DNA of 62,065 bases, counting the filler, from Clostridia bacterium (lineage in GTDB: Bacteria; CBDUZB01; JAGLHV01): assembly GCA_030637025.1 (NCBI GenBank). It is 4 parts of 4 records of this genome, joined end to end, with 100 filler letters (N's around TTAATTAATTAA, not from the genome) between each part and the next. Parts side by side here need not be neighbours in the genome. Positions count along the whole stretch, not along the records: positions 46,507 to 62,065 come from DAOVVV010000045.1; 3 more parts are not named here. One strand, written 5' to 3'. This document shows positions 57,842 through 62,065 of the stretch, piece by piece. Position 1 is the stretch's first letter, and each line of letters opens with the position of its first letter. The translations under genes and the position numbers were made by a program. Below the pieces are notes generated by a model that was given only the letters and a program-made list of their open reading frames with translations, was not told the DNA's origin and did no database searches.

Positions 57842-58762
57842 ATGCAAGATATAAAAATTTATCAGGAGATAAAGATAAAAAAGCCGGTTATGTTTGCTGC
57901 CTGGCCGGGAATGGGAAATGTAGCTCTGGGTGCTATTGATTATTTGAGAAAAAAGATGAAAGCAACATTATTTGCTGAAATTGATATTGGCCGGTTTATT
58001 ATACATGATTCTATTATCATTGAAAAAGGAATAGCGAAACTTCCTTATTTGCCCAAAAACCTGTTTTATTATTTGCCCGAACCTGAATTAATTATTTTTG
58101 AGGGTGAATCTCAATTGATAGGAACGCCGGGTCTGAAGTTAGTAGATTTAATTTTAAATTTTGCCGAGGAATATAAAGTACAAAGAATATATACCGGAGC
58201 AGCATTTCCTTGCCCTATGAATCATAATGAGCGTTCTTCTCTCTATGCTACAGCAAATAGTGCCGGCTCAAAAGATTTCCTGGAAAAGAAAGGGATCGAA
58301 GTTTTGGGGGAGGGGCAGATTTCAGGTTTGAATGGGTTATTAGTCGGTTTTGCAAAACTTAGACAAATCGAGGCTGCCTGCCTGTTAGCTACAATACCTT
58401 TTTATGCTATAAATTTTCCCAACCCTAAAGCTTCTAAATTATTATTGGAAATGTTTATGAAAATATTAAATCTTCAAACTTTGGATTTTAAAGATTTGGA
58501 TAGGGATATTAAGAAAATGAATAGTAAAATGAAAGAGATTGAAGAGAAGATAAAAGATATTTTTCCCCTGAAAAAAGAGGATAAAACACAAATTAAAGAA
58601 GAAAAAGCACCTCATTATGTAATAGAAAAAGTAGAAAAACTCTTTCAAGAAGCCAGGATAGATAAGGAAAAGGCTTATTTATTAAAAGAAGAATTAGACA
58701 GATGGAATTTATATAAACTATATGAGGATAAATTTTTAGATTTATTTAGAAAACATCATTAA
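57842..58762 (+). CDS. PAC2 (proteasome assembly chaperone) family protein
   Basis: AAWPGMGNVA, GESQ, IYTGAA, ISGLNGLL, PNPKAS. Confidence 0.85.
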   Translation: MQDIKIYQEIKIKKPVMFAAWPGMGNVALGAIDYLRKKMKATLFAEIDIGRFIIHDSIIIEKGIAKLPYLPKNLFYYLPEPELIIFEGESQLIGTPGLKLVDLILNFAEEYKVQRIYTGAAFPCPMNHNERSSLYATANSAGSKDFLEKKGIEVLGEGQISGLNGLLVGFAKLRQIEAACLLATIPFYAINFPNPKASKLLLEMFMKILNLQTLDFKDLDRDIKKMNSKMKEIEEKIKDIFPLKKEDKTQIKEEKAPHYVIEKVEKLFQEARIDKEKAYLLKEELDRWNLYKLYEDKFLDLFRKHH

Positions 58763-58820
58763 TCTGCTTTAAACCCTTTCTTGGCTATTGTCTTAAAATC
58801 CAATTTTAAAAAAATTACGA

Positions 58821-60119
58821 TTATTTTAAGGAAAGACGGATTTGATTAAGGACTAACCCTGTAAGTAATTTCGGATAAAAATAAGTTGTTTTTTGAGGAA
58901 GGGTTATTCCTGTGACCGCAATATTCTTAATTTCTTCAATGGAAGCTGGGAGTAAAAAGAAGGCGATTTTAAATTTTCCTTTATTGACCAGATTAATTGC
59001 TAAATGTGCATCTCTTGTATAAGAAAGGTTTTTTTCATATTTTGTTTTACTCTTAAGTCCCAATAAATTTTTTAAAATATACTGGTGAAGGATGTGGGTA
59101 AAAGATAAAACGGGGGTAACTTTGTTTTTTTTCAAAGTTAATAAATAATACTTGTTCTTATCTTTTTTATACATTCCAAAAGCACAGATGTTTTGTCCCT
59201 TCATTTTTTCTAACCGGGAAAATAATATTTCTTTTCGTTTGAATACTTCTATCTGAAAATTATTTGCTAAGTTTTTCTCCAGATTGGCTAATTTTTTTTC
59301 GGGTAAAGAAGAAATTAATCTATGAGTTGGCAAAATAGTAAGGTTTTCATTTTTCATATTAGAAAAAAACATCATGACATAATCAAAGGAAAGGTTTTTT
59401 TTAAGAGAGGATGATTTTTTCTTTATTTCATTTTTGTAATTAAGAGCTGTTTCATAACGGTGATGTCCGTCTGCAATAAAGATTGTTTTGTTTTTCATCT
59501 TTTTGCACAAGTTATTTATAATTTTGGTGTTTGTTATTTTCCAAATTTTATGTTTTATTTTTTCTTCGTCTATCAGATTAATATTCGGATTCTTTTGGAC
59601 AGTGTTTTTCAGGATATTGTCTATTTGGTTTGTCTTGTCCGAATAAAGAGAAAAAATACTTGAAGAGTTTATTTCACATGTTCGAAGGAGATTTAACCTA
59701 TCCTTTTTAGGACGGCTTAAAGTCTTTTCATGAGGGAAAACAACTTTTTTCTTAAAGTCCTCTAATTTAATTAAAGCTATAAACCCAACTTGTTTTTTCT
59801 TTTTCCCTTTGAAAATATATTCTTCCTGGTAAACATAAATGCAAGGCTTTTCATCTCTCAGGAAAACACCTTCTTTTAACCAATTGTTGAAATGTTCTTT
59901 TGCCCTGGTGTATTTATTATTGGTTTTGGCCGTGTCAGTGGGAAATTCCTGCCCCAAAATTATTCGAATAATATTGTTTTTGTGTTTACGGTAATATTTT
60001 TTTTGTTCTTGAGGAGAAATAACATCATATGGAGGGGTGACTACTTGAGAAATATTTCTAATTTTTTTAGGATTATATAAAACCCCTTTAAAAGGAATTA
60101 TTTTTGCCATTTTCACCAT
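58821..60119 (-). CDS. DUF1015 family protein
   Basis: TPPYDVI, PHEKT, IADGHHRYETA, PQKTTYFYPKLLTGL. Confidence 0.88.
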   Translation of the reverse strand: MVKMAKIIPFKGVLYNPKKIRNISQVVTPPYDVISPQEQKKYYRKHKNNIIRIILGQEFPTDTAKTNNKYTRAKEHFNNWLKEGVFLRDEKPCIYVYQEEYIFKGKKKKQVGFIALIKLEDFKKKVVFPHEKTLSRPKKDRLNLLRTCEINSSSIFSLYSDKTNQIDNILKNTVQKNPNINLIDEEKIKHKIWKITNTKIINNLCKKMKNKTIFIADGHHRYETALNYKNEIKKKSSSLKKNLSFDYVMMFFSNMKNENLTILPTHRLISSLPEKKLANLEKNLANNFQIEVFKRKEILFSRLEKMKGQNICAFGMYKKDKNKYYLLTLKKNKVTPVLSFTHILHQYILKNLLGLKSKTKYEKNLSYTRDAHLAINLVNKGKFKIAFFLLPASIEEIKNIAVTGITLPQKTTYFYPKLLTGLVLNQIRLSLK

Positions 60120-60291
60120 TCCTTACTTAAAAATAAATTTTTTCTAACAAAGTTTAATAGAATATATCATAAAATAATTTTAAAATCAAGAAAAATATAA
60201 AGAGTAGATTACTTAATAATAATAGGAAAACTAAATATTTTCTATTTTATTATTAATGATTCCTGTTGAAAATTGAATGAATATTTTTTCT

Positions 60292-60321
60292 TTGACAAGT
60301 TTGTAATGTTTTTAGTATAAT
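60292..60321 (+). promoter_or_regulatory. Putative sigma70 promoter of macro-hisG
   Basis: TTGACA-18 nt-TATAAT. Confidence 0.65.
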
Positions 60322-60393
60322 TTTAAACGAAATTGTTAAACTATTTTTTTAAAGATTAATTTTATTAGAAAGACAATATAAAAGGTATGCTTT

Positions 60394-60948
60394 ATGGATG
60401 ACATTTGTCTCAATATAAAAAACACCAAAGTAAAAGTTTGCTGTGGTGATTTACTAACACAGGAGGTAGAGGCTGTTGTCTCTCCTGAATCAACCAAGCT
60501 GGAAATGGATTTAGGAGTTGCAGCTATTATAAAAGAAAAAGCAGGAGAAGCTGTTCAAAGAGAAATAGCTAAAATTGGGACTATTCCTGTAGGGGAAGTA
60601 GTAGTAACTTCGGCCGGAGCTCTTGGTGTAAAATATATTTTTCATGTAGCTACCTGGGAAAATATGAAATTGCCGGTAAGAGAAAATATGCAGATAGCGT
60701 TAAAGAATTGTCTCTTACATGCAGAAGAAATGAAAGTGAAATCTATTGCGTTTCCTACTTTAGCATTGGTTAAGGTAAAACTCGCTTATGATATGTGTGC
60801 CAGGGTTATGATGGAGGAAGTTTTTCGTTATTTACTAAATAATGACAGTTCTCTGGAACTGATTGTGTTTAATTTGTTTAACGAAAGTAGTTTTAATTCT
60901 TTTAAAAAAATGACTAATATTTTAAAAGAAGAGTTTCTTATTATTTAA
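60394..60948 (+). CDS. Degenerate macro domain protein
   Basis: GDLL, GVAAII-KAG, GEVVVTSAGAL, YIFH, SIAFP. Confidence 0.8.
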   Translation: MDDICLNIKNTKVKVCCGDLLTQEVEAVVSPESTKLEMDLGVAAIIKEKAGEAVQREIAKIGTIPVGEVVVTSAGALGVKYIFHVATWENMKLPVRENMQIALKNCLLHAEEMKVKSIAFPTLALVKVKLAYDMCARVMMEEVFRYLLNNDSSLELIVFNLFNESSFNSFKKMTNILKEEFLII

Positions 60949-60968
60949 CAGGAGAAGATTCTTTCAAA

Positions 60969-61862
60969 ATGAAAAAATTAAAATTAGGTTTGCCTAAAGG
61001 AAGTTTACAAAAGTCAACATTGGAATTGTTTCAGAAAGCAGGTTTTCGGGTATGGTTGAGAGACCGTTCTTATTTTCCTGTTTGTGAAGATGATAGTTTA
61101 CAGATAATGCTGGTGCGTAGTCAGGAAATGGCTGACTATGTAGGAAGTGGAGTGTTAGATGCCGGTTTGACTGGGTATGATTGGATATTGGAAACTAAGA
61201 TAAAAGATAAAAAAAGAGGTGCACAGTTAAAAGAAATTTGTGAATTAGTTTATGCTAAAACCGGTTATTCTGCTGTTTCCTGGGTTTTAGCGGTGCCGGA
61301 AAAGTCTACGATAAAAACAATAAATGACCTTAAAGGGAAAAAAGTAGCCACAGAATTGGTAAATGTAGTAAAAGATTATTTTAAGAATAAAAAAATAAAT
61401 GTTGCAATAGAATTTTCCTGGGGGGCAACGGAAATAAAAACTCCTTATTTAGTAGATGCTGTGGTAGAGTTAACAGAAACCGGTTCTTCTTTGCGTGCTA
61501 ATAATTTAAGAGTCGTAGAAAAAATATTAAGTTCAACTACCCGGTTGATTGCTAATAAAACCGCTTTAAAAAATTCATGGAAAAAAGATAAAATTAAAAA
61601 TATTGCGCTTCTTCTGCAGGGTTCTTTACTTGCAGAAGAGATGGTAGGTTTAAAAATGAATCTTCCTGAAAAAAATATTACTAAAGTAATGAATATTTTA
61701 CCCTCATTAAGAAAACCAACTATTTCCCGTTTAACCCTTCCTGGATGGGTAGCCTTGGAAGTAGTTCTAAGTGAAAAGTCTGTAAAAAAAATTATTCCTC
61801 AATTAAAGGCTGCCGGAGTAGAAGGAATAATAGAATATCCTCTAAATAAAATTATCTATTAA
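60969..61862 (+). CDS. hisG: ATP phosphoribosyltransferase, long form
   Basis: GLPKGSL, DAGLTGYD, SWGATE, ETGSSLRAN, C-terminal regulatory domain. Confidence 0.95.
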   Translation: MKKLKLGLPKGSLQKSTLELFQKAGFRVWLRDRSYFPVCEDDSLQIMLVRSQEMADYVGSGVLDAGLTGYDWILETKIKDKKRGAQLKEICELVYAKTGYSAVSWVLAVPEKSTIKTINDLKGKKVATELVNVVKDYFKNKKINVAIEFSWGATEIKTPYLVDAVVELTETGSSLRANNLRVVEKILSSTTRLIANKTALKNSWKKDKIKNIALLLQGSLLAEEMVGLKMNLPEKNITKVMNILPSLRKPTISRLTLPGWVALEVVLSEKSVKKIIPQLKAAGVEGIIEYPLNKIIY

Positions 61863-61917
61863 ATTAAAAGGTCCGGCTTCTTTGTCCGGGTTGGTTGACA
61901 GTAAGGGGGGGTAGAAC

Positions 61918-62065
61918 AAAGGTAAAATATGTTTCTCTCTGGACGCATAATTTTACCCTACGGGCACGCAAAAACAAGCTAAAAATAAGCAACTCGCTTT
62001 GCTCAGACAGGCTTATTTTTTTAACGCTTATTTTTACTAAAATTTGCTATATCGTTCGAAACACA
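61918..62065 (-). repeat. Second copy of the 41060-41227 element, cut by the window end
   Basis: Reverse complement aligns over ~148 bp with few mismatches. Confidence 0.8.

Overview
AT-rich draft-genome window made of four contigs (1-23304, 23405-41479, 41580-46406, 46507-62065) joined by artificial N/TTAATTAATTAA/N linkers, so adjacency across linkers is meaningless. The host is a diderm bacterium; the T9SS-like CTD/PorV-family repertoire, V-type ATPase and PAC2 gene suggest Elusimicrobiota or a related candidate phylum, but this is inference only. Contig 1 is a cell-surface locus with five CTD-bearing genes, one further CTD-gene paralogue cut by the window edge, and four PorV/PorP-like barrels. 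It includes two parallel operons, each encoding two paralogous beta-rich subunits, a PapD/DUF916-like chaperone, a type-B-CTD protein and a PorP-like barrel, but no usher. Both operons are headed by GEMM/c-di-GMP-I riboswitches split by a structurally conserved two-hairpin insertion of 91 or 86 nt. A third, uninterrupted GEMM has the A20 cGAMP-type signature. These riboswitches and the usher-less operons are the strongest candidates for an undescribed system. Contig 2 carries a TonB receptor/SBP pair, GH65+GT4, NadE lacking its glutaminase Cys, and a ~5.1-kb island flanked by 73-bp direct repeats (SIR2 + 1063-aa partner, HepT remnant, repeat-flanked GIY-YIG). Contig 3 has V-ATPase B/D/I/K, tRNA-Val and partial thrS. 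Contig 4 has a Wsp-like chemosensory/diguanylate cyclase operon, coaX, a DnaA-box cluster, tRNA-Ser, PAC2, DUF1015, a macro domain and hisG. All family calls come from motif recognition by eye; no searches were run.
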